Assembly (NCBI GenBank): GCA_965203295.1
Contig: CBDBCZ010000005.1
Location: 1-64,000, forward strand
Origin: Nitrospirales bacterium
GTDB taxonomy: Bacteria; Nitrospirota; Nitrospiria; Nitrospirales; UBA8639
Length of the DNA: 64,000 bases
Direction: 5' to 3'
In this document: positions 29,757 through 42,425 of the stretch, piece after piece
Layout of the letters: the number at the start of each line of letters is the position of its first letter
Numbering within the stretch: the stretch's first letter is position 1
Made by a program: the position numbers and the translations under genes
The notes under the pieces: generated by a model
What the model was told of the DNA's origin: nothing
The model's database searches: none
The model's input: the letters and a program-made list of their open reading frames with translations, nothing else

Positions 29757-30440
29757 CTAGAGTACTGAAGTGCTTAACCCTCGGCGCATAATATTAACAC
29801 TGACTCACAGGACATAGCTCTTCGGCTTCTAGGGCTCTTGTCTCCTTTACACGCTCTCTATTAGACTTCCTATGCTTGGCAGTTTGCTCTTCAGTTTCTA
29901 GGGCTCTCGCTGCACTAGCATCACTTTTTTTAGATGCATTCCTAGTGTTAAGTGGCTTGCTTCCACGGAACAAATAGCCACACGGGCAAGCTAGCTTCCT
30001 AGCTATCATGGATCTGGTTACCACAGTTAGGACACGCTCACATTTTGGTACAATACCTTGAATTTCAACTCTTGTCGTCGGCGAAAACAGACCGATATGG
30101 ACGCAGAAACATCACGTGTAAAGGTGAAAGCAATTAATTGTGTTGTCTCGTCCCCAGACCATGCAGTGCGCGTAAACTCGTTCTCAGACTAGAATATGGC
30201 CGACTAGCGCTCGCCTTGGCAAACAAATTGCAACAAAACTCTTGAACGAAGCGCTCTTGGCAAAATGGCTCAATTTAAACACATCCTTGTTCGGTTTGAA
30301 GCCTATCTGTATCAAAATTTCGGAGATTTAGCCGCCAGGTGAGCCAAGCTAGTTGAAACAGACATACACACAGACAGACAGACAGACAGACAAACAAACA
30401 AAGCACTGTAACCCTCCGGTGCATGTGCGCCAAGGGTTAA
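29757..30440 (-). mobile_element. Non-autonomous Helentron/HINE-like element
   Basis: On the minus strand it starts ttaacccttggcgcacatgcaccggagggttac followed by (gtct)n and ends cgccgagggttaagcacttcagtactctag (sub-TIR plus hairpin). Internal ORF carries RALETEEQTAKHRKSNRERVKETRALE repeats like Helitron N-termini. Confidence 0.7.
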
Positions 30441-30467
30441 TTATACCTTTTGCACTATCTGACAAGG

Positions 30468-30566
30468 AAACCCACAAGTGTTTTGAGCTAGTGCTGTTAT
30501 ATATTAAATTTAGTAAACTCAAAAACATCTACCAGTTAAATTTTGACTTTTTGTTAGCTTGAAGGC
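30468..30566 (+). ncRNA. Sm-class small RNA unit 1 (degenerate; promoter plus predicted RNA ~30527-30566)
   Basis: aaacccacaagtgttttgagctagtgctgttatata; predicted start atctacc as in unit 7; Sm-like aattttg/actttttg; hairpin poor. Confidence 0.4.
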
Positions 30567-31370
30567 ATACAGTCATGAGAAAAGAAGGTCCCTGGAAGGT
30601 ACCTGATCATCGTACTTCATGCACTACAATGGTTGCTGGCAGATACCCTGGAACTGAGACCGTGTACATACAGAATAGACAAACAGGAACTGATTCTGAA
30701 GAACTCATGTATGCACAGTTTTCTTCATTGTCATCACATTTTCTACTGCACGCTACATGCTTCGTGAAAGCTCGTCCCATTATGCCCTGCATATCACTAG
30801 TCTAGTTACACAGGTGCTATTCTGGCAGTGTGAGACTTCTTGTTGTCCCCAGCCTACCAATAGACAGTGTTTTTGTTAGTTGGTTCACTGCTGCTAAATT
30901 TATCCCATGAGAAAATATACTGGGCTCTCCCTCGTTCTATGATGTTTCAAGGGGAGAGCCTGGGGACGAGGCGATGCACATCATGCTGTATTGCAAACTG
31001 GTTTTGTTTAAAGGACTCATGTATGCTCCAACCATAAAGTCAAAGTTATGACTTCATACACCGTTTGGCATACGAGACTGGAGGTCCCTGAATCTAGTAG
31101 CTAAATGAAATAGTAATTGTTAGTTCTGCCTAGCTAGATTATGGTCTCATACCCAGGCCTCCATGCTCCAGACACATTATTGTCTTCATGTGCCCTAATT
31201 ATCTATTACTTGGGCTTGCCCCACTATGCCCTGCATATCACTAGTCTTCCAGTAGCTGAAGTAGAGTACAGTCCCATGTGATTGCTAGCTCTGCCTTCGT
31301 GTGTGGTCTCATGTCCAGTCATCCATGCATAATTGTCCTGTTGTGATATTATTCATGTACTCTAATCATG

Positions 31371-31497
31371 GAATCCCACAAGTGCTTTGTGCAAGTGCTG
31401 GTATATAAGGTGGGCTAGTGAATCTCATGGGGAAGGAGGTACTGAAATGCTTTTTTTCAAAAAAACTTTTTGGGGGGCTTCCGATCATTCTGAAGCC
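31371..31497 (+). ncRNA. Sm-class small RNA unit 2 (predicted RNA ~31430-31497)
   Basis: aatcccacaagtgctttgtgcaagtgctgg, tatataa at 31402, aactttttgg 31464-31473, ggcttc..gaagcc 31476-31497. Confidence 0.65.
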
Positions 31498-32838
31498 TAT
31501 GCATAACTGTACACTACTGACCAGTACACACGTGTATGTGCACATGCACTTGCTTTTAGGAAATGCTGTCCAAATTTCAGAATCTCTGATTGGGGGGAGG
31601 CAGTGGTTGTTCGTAACTTGATTGCCAACCAGTATATGGGGTCTTTGATAGTTAAACTGCTTGCAAATACCAGAACCGAGACAGAAGATGATCTGCGCAG
31701 CAGATAGTCTCGGCCCCAGACCTTCCCTGCGCAGCAGGTAGCAGCGATGAAAGGACAGTTGGAGAGGGCATGGTTGGGATCACGGCTGACTTGCTATGTG
31801 TGTGGATGAGGGGACACTGCATAAGTGTGGCTTTATGAGCCAGTTCACTGCTGCTGTAGAGTTGGGCAGTAATGATTCTGTTCAATCATTGCAGTGACTA
31901 GTATGCCGGCATTTCCGTATCATTGTGAAAACAAAGATTAACCCCTGCAGACACAATGAGCTCCCAGGGTACATATTATGTCTTTTGTCTTTTGGTCAAA
32001 ATGTGAAGGCAATGACATGCTCTCATGTATACTTGGAAGCTACATACACCCCCCCCCCCCATCTCGTTACCTAAACCCTTAAAGGTTCATGGCCTTCAAT
32101 ACTTGCAACTATCAAGTATTGTGATAGGACGAGGATGTTGATTGGATTACTGCCCTACACTAAACCCTGCTATTTCCAGTTTCTTTAATTAGTGTTCCTA
32201 TTTGCAGCTTTCATGCTTTGAGCAAGGTCCATGGCATCCTCAAATGTCAAGTGTTTCACTGCCAGCAAGCATGTTTGAGTGCTCTTGTTGTGAAGACCAC
32301 ACATCAATCAATCACAAATGCTTCCTCTGCCTGAGGTGCTATTTTGAACACTTGCATTGCCCCCCCCCCCCCCTTCCCCGATGCCAGGGTACAAGATGTA
32401 AGTACCATAATGGACAGGGGACAGAATATACATTGATGTATGCCACTAGTGTGGAGCTGGCTCAGGCTCACCCCATTCAAAATCTCTTACTGTCTGGGTG
32501 TTGTAGATTATACTTGGTAGGTTATCAGGGTTGATATCATCCGTGCAAGTGGCTCAGCTGATGGTATGAACTGCAGCTAGAGAAGAATTGTCAGCCTGCT
32601 TACAAAAGCAGTTGGAAGTTTGTGAGGGAAAATACATATACCGTGCTCTCCCCCGTCTTGTAATGTTTTAGAGGGGAGAGCCTGGGGACGAGGTGATACA
32701 TAACATACAGTAAAGTGTAATGTAGTTTCAATGAAGGGCTCATGTAATGCTTTAACCATTGGTCAAACCATGGGGTGAAGAAATTTGCTGGTGGTCCCTG
32801 TTTGATGGTATTCATATGTCCTAATTATTCTGAACAAA

Positions 32839-32958
32839 GAACCTTCAAGTATTTTGAGTAAGTGCTGCTTATTGAAATGGCCTGGTAGCAAGCAGTTTGG
32901 AGGTGTCTGAACAATTTGTCATGCAATAAAGAATTTTTGGAGGGCTTCTAGTGAAGCC
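32839..32958 (+). ncRNA. Sm-class small RNA unit 3 (predicted RNA ~32896-32958)
   Basis: Degenerate promoter box and TATA; aatttttggag 32932-32942; ggcttc-tagt-gaagcc 32943-32958. Confidence 0.65.
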
Positions 32959-34403
32959 TATTGCAAGTAGCCCTACATTGGAAAGGTGGGTCTAGCTGCT
33001 GAATACTTGACATTGGGACAGTGCTACCTCAACTGTCCCAGTTCTGGATTCTGGACTGGCAATGTGATTGGTTGATTACACCACGGATATCACAATTGCA
33101 GTATCCATAGAAGTGGCCACATGGATACTGTGCTGTGACATCCGTTTGGTGATGTAATGGCGCTCCAACATTGACATGCGCAGTGTAGGCCTCATGCATT
33201 GGCATTCAGTAGGTGTGGTTTGCATCTACCTAGTAAGTGTACACACCTCCGCTCTCGTGGTTCTGGTCTCTTAACCCTTTTCGCTTCTGTCGTGGCTGCC
33301 TCTCTTTACTTTCTCTTGCGGAAAGTAGAAAGACGCCTAGCCCTCTCATCTCGCTGTCGTCGTCCATGGCCGTCCAACAAACATGGAATTGGCATAGCAC
33401 GTGAGAACACGGTCACAAAAGGGCTGGCTACGCCATGTACAGTACGCAGAATAATTGCATTCCTAAGCATGACATACATATGTACAAACGCTAGCCGAGA
33501 TACGATGCAGGATTAGTTGCCTCGGGCTAAGGTGCTCGGCAACAAGGCACCAGACCATCACCATCCTCTCTTAACATGGGGCTGGGCACGAGACTAGTAC
33601 TGAGTATGCTCACTGATCTAACCTTTAGTGTACCACATTACACATGCACAGTATATATGTATCATTCAGGGGAGGTTGGACTATTTCAGTACATGCAGCA
33701 ACTCCATGATCATTATTACATGTAGGCTATCACACAACCTGTTCAATAGTTTAGCCCAGCTTTGCCCAAGCTCTGTTATCAATTCACAAGAAACTCTAGC
33801 AATCACTTTCTATGCATCACAACCCAGACTGTTGATGCTCATCACCTTCTCAAACTCTACTAGTGCAGCAGACAGTAATTCATTAATGGAGGGATGTTAC
33901 GCTGGGGTATCCGCTAGTTTGCAAATTCCCAATCTTTGAAGAACTGTATTTTCTGCTTTTGGTGACTTCCAAGGTGTTGTGTGTGGATGGGCAGATACAG
34001 TTGTAGTTCTTGGACGTCAAGGGAAGGTCATGAATCTACCCTTCTGGTAGCTAATCTCAGAATCCATTAGGATTGGAATAAATGCCTGGGGACGAGGCGA
34101 TGTACATCATGCAGTAGTGCAAACCTGGAGTAGTTTCATTTGAAGGACTCATGTATGCTCCAGCCGTGGGGTCATGAAATTTGATGCCATACAATGTTTG
34201 GTGTGTGAGCAAGCAGAGGTCTGGACGCTAGACTAAAAATATTTGTATCTGCATGTTATAGCTGTTCCTTACGAAATGATAACTGAACAGATTGTGTAAT
34301 TACTAGCTCAAAGTAAGCTAGAGCTTGGTCTCATACCCAGCCATCCATGCCCCAGACTCCACAATATTGGTACTCATGTGTCCTATTTGCACTCAGTTTG
34401 TAT

Positions 34404-34516
34404 GACCACAAAAGTTTCAGCAAGTGCTAGTATATAACGTAGTGAACACTACATGTATAACGGGCTTTCACAACTTTTGCATAATTTTCAGTGGGCTTCG
34501 AATTTTTTGGAAGTCC
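34404..34516 (+). ncRNA. Sm-class small RNA unit 4 (predicted RNA ~34459-34516)
   Basis: accacaaaagtttcagcaagtgctag, tatataa at 34431, variant Sm aattttcag 34483-34491, gggcttc..gaagtcc 34493-34516. Confidence 0.6.
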
Positions 34517-35174
34517 AATAGCCAAGGTCTGATTGTGAACTGCCTGAAAGATAATCTTCACAGGGTGCAATATGCCCTTGTCTGCCATGCCTTCGACAGG
34601 TGAAATGACAGTTTGAGGAGGCAGGAAGTGAGCTTTATTTTAAACCTCCGTAACCCCTAACCTGCCTTACCCCTATCCATCCCTAACCCTAACCCTAATT
34701 CTAAATGTATCCCTCCCTAACCTTATCCTTACCCCTACCCCCACCCCTACCCCCACATGACATGATAACATCTTAGTTGAGTGATCGTCATAGCAACATG
34801 CCTGAGCAGTGAAGCCATGTGTTAGCTGAGCTAGCTACAGTCACAATGACAGTTCTCACTGTACAAGTCAGCGATATTGGTTTTCGGGCTGTTCCTATTA
34901 ACTAAGAGCATTCACACTTCGTTCGTTTGTGTGGGGTAAGGCCTGGGAACAAGGCTACAAGAGAACACCTCAGTATAGCAGTGTGGAAGCACTGTTTGCA
35001 TATTACTGATGTGTCATGGGGCATGAAGTCTCATATTCCCTTTCTGAGCAACAGTCTCAACCACAAGTAGCAGTATGTAGTCAGTGATAACGGGTGGTAG
35101 AAGACTCCTATATATAATCAGGATATCGGGTTGTAGTGTAATGATATTCATGTGCCATAATTACATGGACAAGG

Positions 35175-35290
35175 AAACCCACAAGTGTTTTGAGCAAGTG
35201 CTGCTATATAAGCTGGGACACCTCCGCTGATGGCAATTCTGTGGAGTGTAGAGTCTTAGTAAGAAATTTTTGGAAGCTTCTGAGGAAGCT
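35175..35290 (+). ncRNA. Sm-class small RNA unit 5 (predicted RNA ~35235-35290)
   Basis: Consensus promoter, tatataa at 35205, aatttttgg 35265-35273, agcttc-tgag-gaagct 35275-35290. Confidence 0.75.
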
Positions 35291-35393
35291 ATAGAATTGA
35301 TATGATATTGATACTTTGGCCACAGGTATCGCTAATATAATGAATACCAAAATTGTGGGCAAAATAGCTGTTTCTTCAAGGTATACACATGTA

Positions 35394-36548
35394 CAATGCT
35401 AAGAATCTAAAGAGTAGATTTTCTCTGCAGGCAGTTTCTGTCAATTTTACTTTAAAAAATGAATGTAGATACTTATGATAACTGTTCATAAGCCTAGCTA
35501 CTTGATAAATAAGGCTGTGGACTGACAATAAAGTACTCTTCCGCCAAGTCTTCCATAGACTGCCGTACTTAGCGGCCATGTTTATTTGACGTCACGGATT
35601 TTTTGCGCGTCACAGAAATGCCGTAACCGTAGGGACTTTCCCTTACTAAACTCGATAATCACGCGGTTTACACCAAGCTACAGTCTATTGCTCGTGAACA
35701 AATCGTCGAAACTCTCGATACTGCTACGGACTTACTCTGTTACACGGAGAGACCGCCACAGCAGCAGGGCCGGCAACGAACGGGTAGCTGCTCTTGTGAT
35801 ATACGCTCGAGTGACGGGGCGGGGGAGAAAAACTATCAGTGGAAAATTGTTTGCGCTCATCCTGTGGTTCCTTCGGCAGCTGTACAGGCCTTCCGTACGC
35901 TAGTTTTGCGTCTCTAAAGCCGTAGCTTTACTGGACACAAGTAGCGTGTCCATGTCGTGACTGTAGGCGTGGTTTGCGTAATCGTCATCATAGGTCATGT
36001 GATGAGTGAAAAACGTCAGAATACGCAATCAAAATGGTGAAAAATGCCTGCGCAGACGGAAAAAATTTTTCTGACAAAACAGTAAGACTCAGGAATTGTT
36101 TGAATAGTGGTACATTTGTATGAACTCTTTAATAGTTTTGTAAAAAAAATTGAGAGTTCTCGGACAATAAATTCAAAAGTTACTACCTTAACCGATAACC
36201 CACTCAAAACATGAACTTTGGTCGTTATCTCTGGTGTTGATTGATCGAGGAAAACATTTCTAACATTCAAAGATACCTTGGCCCGACTACTTGTTATATT
36301 CAAGGTTTAAACTTTCTCGGAACAAAGATGTAGATTTAAGCACCTTAACCGATTTTCCAAGTCAGGTGTCTTGCAGAAGCCATAGAACCCTTAGGTTATT
36401 ACTAATTCAATTAACACCTTTCCCAACTTGTAGCAGATGTACGTAGGTATACACATACCACTTTTGAGAACCTAACATCAAGTTATGTAGGGTGTAGAAC
36501 ATTTAAAGCAATTTTATCAAAAATCTACTCTTTAGATTCTGAGCACTG
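35394..36548. mobile_element. Non-autonomous TA-flanked TIR element (Tc1/mariner-like)
   Basis: ta|caatgctaagaatctaaagagtagatttt ... aaaatctactctttagattctgagcactg|ta. Confidence 0.75.
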
Positions 36549-38419
36549 TATGTACGTGCATACATGCATGTATAGAAACTGGATGTGGATGAAACAGCCA
36601 AACAAAAACTAACAGTTCTTCGAGAACACTTACACACGTGGCACGTGATGTAAGGTATCGTATCGCTATACCGCGATATAGTATTGAATATCGATACTAA
36701 CAAAAACGACACCAGTATCGGGGTTATCGATAGATTGGTATCGGTATCGCCCACCACTAGAAGCTATTGCCACTGCTAAAGGAATAGAACATTAATGGTT
36801 CAAAGGTCATACTAAATTGGCGATAATTTGATAAGTTCCCATAATACCAGAAGCCCATGTGCTCCTGGTGTGAGCGACAGAGCCTTCTCCAGTCACTCAC
36901 TTCGGATTGCAGCTTCAACGCACCCATCCTGTCTGTACGGCTGGCTGTTACTCTGCAGATAGTGATCCTATAGCTACAGCAGCTGACTTGCTAATAACAT
37001 GGCTGATCTCCTGGGAAGAGGGTGCTTCAGCTTCATCATTCGCAGTGTTTGAACACGAGGCGTTTTAGCACAGGGAGGGTGTGGAATGCTAGGACCTTGC
37101 TACAGTGCATGCTAATGTCTCAATGTGGCCACTGTGAATTTTTCGGGTGGCTATATGGCGGAACCCCTCTTTAAGGACTCCCCTAAAATAAGGACACCTT
37201 TGACCCTTCGCAAGGTCCAATGATTTACTTTCCCCTGAAATGAGGACACCTCGCGAGGGCTGTCCTGTGACAGGTGATCAGAGAGACTTGTGCAGGGCAT
37301 TTGTTCCTCCACTCCCCTCCCCTTGAGAATTCTGTCCTAGTATTTATCATTACCCCCTTATCCACCCCTGGACGATTTTCCAAATGACACCCTAGGCTTT
37401 TCCCTTGCCATGCCTACCTGAAACTTTGGTCGCCAGATGGTTTCCACAAGGGGGAAGAGCCAAGGTCTGGGTATGAGACTAGAATGGGAGAGTCTGGTAT
37501 GATTGTACATGCCCTTATTTGCAAGCAGGTTTTACAATTACAAGCAGGTGTGCTCGCTTCACTCACGCAACTACTTGTGCTTGTTGAACTCGCTCTGTAT
37601 AGATAGAAAGGTACCATCTACATGTGATATGCACCTGCCAGTGGCAGTAGTACTGCTGACAGACCCCGGCCTGAGCCACATGGAGGCAGTAACTCGGAGG
37701 AGTCTACAAACAACTGCAAAACAATACAGGCACGCTAGAACTGCAGCCTAGTTCTTTACGGCCATAACTTATCGCACATGCAGGAAAACAACGTAGGCAT
37801 GCTAGGACTGTGGCCAAGCTCTTCACAGCCATAGCCTACCGTACATGTAGGCGAATGAAACTGACTCCATTTACTATACGTCATGGAGCTGTTCAATTCC
37901 TAGCTAGGTAGCAGTTGTTGAGTCCAAGCAAGGTGGCAGTGTTAGTAGCAGTGGTCAGTGGGGAAAAGACGCAAGAGCTGTTGCTGTAGATACCAATGAT
38001 GTCATGGGGGCGGGGCATATTGATCAAGGTCTCTTGGTTCTGTTTCTGAGTAACAGTCTCAACCACGAGTAGCAGTAAGCGGGTGGTGACAGCCACTGGT
38101 AGAAGACTTGGCTCGTTTCTTGTCGGGTCTTTTCAGACTAAACAGTTTGAAGTTACATGTACTTTCCTCGTTCCTTTGCTATTACCGTTCCCTGGCTATT
38201 ATGGGAAATGTATAGTAGCTAGTGGTAGGTTAGTCTCGTAGCTCACGTGAACCCTAAACGTGTATGTCTTGATGTGTGTACCTAATTAGTGTCGGTTGTA
38301 ACTACCCTAATTACTGAACAGGGTGTGATCCGTTCCAACCATCTACAGTCCATTGCAGCTTTAGAGTGAGCTGTGCTTACCTGTGTTTTGAGTCAGTGTT
38401 TCCGTCACACCTGTGGCAC

Positions 38420-39035
38420 TGTCACGTTTAATTTGGACCCCCTTCAAATTCGTTCCCCTGGAATGGATTTTTCTGAAATATATGGACCCCCCCCCCCCCC
38501 CCCCCAGAAGAATTTGTCCCCCCCCCCTGGCTTGCACGTGCCTGTCAAGGGGGTATAGAAGATGCTCTTGCTTATCTTGTATACATGTAATGTCTTTTGG
38601 ATGGCGGCAATGGCGGAGAGTGACAGCCAAAAAAAAAAAGATGTACGTGAGTATACCGTTCGATATGCTTACTAACCCTCCCGAGCTCATGAAAGAAAAG
38701 GAAAGAGCTGTCAGGAAGCTGGCAGTAAAACGAAGGCGAAAGTTGTGTCGCTACAAGAGCAGAGAAGGGTACTGAAAGCTTGCCACTCTGAGCCAACTTC
38801 AGGTCACTTCGGAGTGACTAAGACGTACAAGAGAATGGCAGAGCGAGTCCATATTTTCCAGAGAAAAAGTTCTGGGGGGTCCATATTACAATTATTTCGG
38901 CACATGACTTGGAGGGGTCCAAATTTTTCAGAGGGGATCCAAATTTAGCAGTGAAGTAAGTTCCAGGGGTCCATATTTTTCGATAAATTGGTTTTGGGGG
39001 GAACCAATTTTGGGGGGTCCATTTTTACTATGACA
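38420..39035 (+). mobile_element. Internally deleted Ginger-type DNA transposon
   Basis: TGT..ACA termini, TIR tgtcacgtttaatttggacccc / ggggtccatttttactatgaca, 4-bp TSD gcac; integrase Zn-binding fragment RRVLKACHSEPTSGHFGVTKTYKRMAER. Confidence 0.8.
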
Positions 39036-39337
39036 GCACCTCACAGAATTACTTGAATTGCTGAACAGTAAGTCTATTGGTGCTTGCTAAATCATGTATA
39101 TACCTCTTTGTTGATGCCTACCTAGCCTTAATCTGTACTTGTTGGCTTCTCAGTGAGCTGATTGCATGCTGGAATGCAGTGTGGAATGTAATTATATAAG
39201 TGCAGCAAAGGGCACGTGACTGCGCACATTAAGGAATGTGTGTCCAACCTCCTCTGGCCTATAGGTCCATGTTGGGTGAGAATACCGCGTACAGCTGTAA
39301 TGGTATTCATGTGTCCTAATTGCAATAATTTGAGCTT

Positions 39338-39483
39338 AAAACCCACAAGTGTTTTGAGCAGGTACTGGTATATAAGCCAGGGCAGGCCTATATGTACTAA
39401 TAGAACATCTATATATTAGCATACATATCATGCATGTACTACTTACACTACTGTTTGAAATTTTGGAGGCTTCTATGGAAGCT
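39338..39483 (+). ncRNA. Sm-class small RNA unit 6 (predicted RNA ~39397-39483)
   Basis: aaacccacaagtgttttgagcaggtactgg, tatataa at 39369, aattttggag 39459-39468, ggcttc-tatg-gaagct to 39483. Confidence 0.7.
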
Positions 39484-41399
39484 ATGTCACAAGCAACTTG
39501 GGTGCAATGGAGCGGTTATTACTAATTGTAACATGCTATATACAATTGCCTATAATTTATACTGCCACTTACCATAAGGTGACTATTATTTGAAGCAGGA
39601 GCGCATAATGACCTTTTTCTTACGTCATTAAATCGAGCCACTACCAAAAGGGAGGTGCTTCCGAATTTTTCCGGTAAGACATAATCCTATTGGATAGAAA
39701 GGTACATTTCTTATTGCTATTTTTAAACTAATTTTAAAGCTATCTGAGGTTGGAGAAAGGCAGAATGGGCTAGTTTCTAATTCTTCCGCTTACTGTGCAT
39801 GTATGCTGCTCCATACTACTCCTTACTACGTGGCTGAGGTCATTCACGGATACATTTACTGACCCTTTTTTCCATAAATTCTTGTGCATGCGCAAACAGT
39901 GTGTACCAGGCTCAACCTTCCCCCCACGCAATGAGCCTGGACATGAGGCTATCTGTATGCATGACATTACTACTGACAGCAGGTACTGATTCGTAAATAT
40001 TCTGTGAGAGTTTAGAAAGTGTAGTCAAAAATTTTCCGCACGTGTAGCCTGACTCTACACCTCAGCTTCCCCACTTGTAATCTCCTTCCGACACTCTGTG
40101 TCCTACAAACACCTAGAGAAGAAAAGCCAGCCTGCTCACAAACACAGTGAGAAGATGAATTTTGTAAGACTAATTGCCGAGCGCAGCAAGGCCAATAATC
40201 GCGTGCTATGGGCTCAACAATCTCAGCTAGCGTTTATATATATATATATATGTATGTATAATATATCTATCTATACGTACGTACGTACGTACGACTAAGT
40301 TTGGACCCCGAGGGCAAAGCACGTGTTCAAAATGGCGTCTCTGGCAGTTTTTGGGTGCCGTCTTCGAAGTCGTGGCAGGCACAAAGTCAGAGGTCTGGAC
40401 AAATTTGTCATGAAGTTTTATCAAGGGAGACTTACTACAGCTCCCAAGTTTGTAGATATGCGATCGAAAATCGAGTCACTACCAAAAGGGAGGTGCTTCA
40501 GAATTTTCCCGGTAAGACATATGCCATAATCCTAGCGGATAGAAAGGTACAGGTCTTATTGCTATTTTTAAACTGGCTTTAAAGCTTTCTGAGGTTAGGG
40601 GACAGAGTGAGCTAGTTTCAAACTCTTCCACTTACTATACACGTATGCTGCTCCGTACTACTCCTTACCACGTGGCTGAGGTCATTTACGGATACATTTA
40701 CTGACTCTTTTCCATAAATTCTTGCGCATGCGCGAGCAGTGTGTGCAAGGCTCAACTTTCCCCACAACGTAATGAGCAACGGTATTTCAAGCCAGCATGC
40801 ATTAAGCTGAGATGTAGACCACAATTCACCAATACCCAACCTGCACAAATAATGCAAATAAAGCTACGCGAGGCATATTTCGCTTGCGTATTCCTAGTTA
40901 TGTGAGAAAAATAGCTCTCCCGATGTTTTAGAGGGGAGAGCCTGGGAACGAGGCGATACACATAATGCAGTAGTGCAAACCTTCATTGAAGTGCTCACAT
41001 ATACTCCAATCGTGAGGTCAAGAATTAGACTTCATGCACTGTTTGGCAAGCAGAGGTCTGGGCACAAAACTGTCCTATGTGATCACTAGCTCTGTCTTAC
41101 TAAAACATGGTCTCATACCCAGCCATTCATGCCCCAGACTACACCGTAATGAATGGCTGGGTATGAGACCATGCTCCAGCTTGCCCCAGACTCCACTTTA
41201 ATTGTCTCATACCCAGCCATCCATGCCCCAGGCTCTTACCCAGCCATTCATGCCTCAGACTCCACCTTAAGCTAGAGCATGGTCTCATACCCAGCCATCC
41301 ATGCCTCAGACTCATACCCAGCCATCCATGCCTCAGACTCCACCTTAAGCTAGAGCATAGTCTCATACCCAGCCATTCATGCCTCCGACTTCACCTTAA

Positions 41400-42112
41400 G
41401 GTTACGGGATACTGGCCCGCTTTGATTTAATAAGTAGTGAGTGAACAATGAATATCTTTGCAACTATAGGCCCTATAGCCACGATCTTTTCAGCATTTAT
41501 TCATGGCTACTAGTTGTGTACTCAGTACAGAAAACTTGTCTGTGAGCCCCTCCCTTGTTTAGAAAGCGGTAATGGAAGTTCCAGCTGTTCGCAATATTTT
41601 TTCTCGCCAAAAATCGCTGAAGCCACTGCTGTTACAAGGCCATTACAGCTCTCTAAGGATTCCTTACTATATTTATGAGGGACTGACGAAGGCTTTTTGA
41701 AGCAATTATCTATATCAACAGAATGGCAAGTCAATAGGTATGGTTCTGAGCACTCTGGACCCCACTTTCTAAGGTTTAAGAGGCTATATCTCCTGTATCA
41801 GAGAGAAACTACATAAAAAGCCTCCGTCAGTCCCTCGTGAATATAGTGAGGAATCCTTAGAGAGCTGTAGTGGCCTAGTAAAGGCAGTGGCTTCAGCGAT
41901 TTTTGGCGAGAAAAATTATTGTGAGCAGCTGAAACTTCCATTAGCGCTATCTAAACAAGGGAGGGGCTCACAAACAAGCTTTCTGTACTGAGTACACAAC
42001 TAGTACCATGAATAAATACTGAAAAGATCGTGGCTATAGGGCCTATAGTTGCAAAGATATTCATTGTTCACTCACTACTTATTAAATCAAAGCGGGCCAG
42101 TATCCCGTAACC
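41400..42112. mobile_element. Kolobok-like foldback element with TTAA TSD and ~300-bp TIRs
   Basis: ttaa|ggttacgggatactggcc ... ggccagtatcccgtaacc|ttaa; the empty site caccttaagctagagcat is visible in adjacent repeat units (~41263, 41341). Confidence 0.85.
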
Positions 42113-42298
42113 TTAAGCTAGAGCATAGTCTCATACCCAGCCACCCATACCTCAGACTCCAGAGCATAGTCTCATACCCAGCCATCCATGCCCCAGGCTC
42201 ATACCCAGCCATCCATGCCTCAGACTCATGCCCAGCCATTGCCTCCAGTTGTGATTATATTCATGCACCCTAATTGCCTATCACATCAACTACCATGG

Positions 42299-42425
42299 AA
42301 ACCCACAAGTGTCTTGAGCAAGTGCTGCTATATAAACTGGGACATTGCACACTGAATCTACCTTACATAACTTATCTCACCTTACTATGTGAAATTTTTG
42401 GGGGGCTTCGAACTGTTCAGAAGCC
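42299..42425 (+). ncRNA. Sm-class small RNA unit 7 (predicted RNA ~42356-42425)
   Basis: Consensus promoter, tatataa at 42329, aatttttgg 42393-42401, ggcttcgaa-ctg-ttc-a-gaagcc 42404-42425. Confidence 0.75.

Noticed and set aside
34651..34760. Telomere-like taaccc repeats
   Set aside because: Short, degenerate and interstitial; similar runs occur in repeats at ~49330 and ~51440.
35632..35641. Perfect NF-kB site GGGACTTTCC
   Set aside because: Lies inside a transposon with no adjacent gene.
36480..36494. 13/14 match to the reverse complement of the unit 7 guide
   Set aside because: A match this short is expected by chance in 64 kb given many guide windows.
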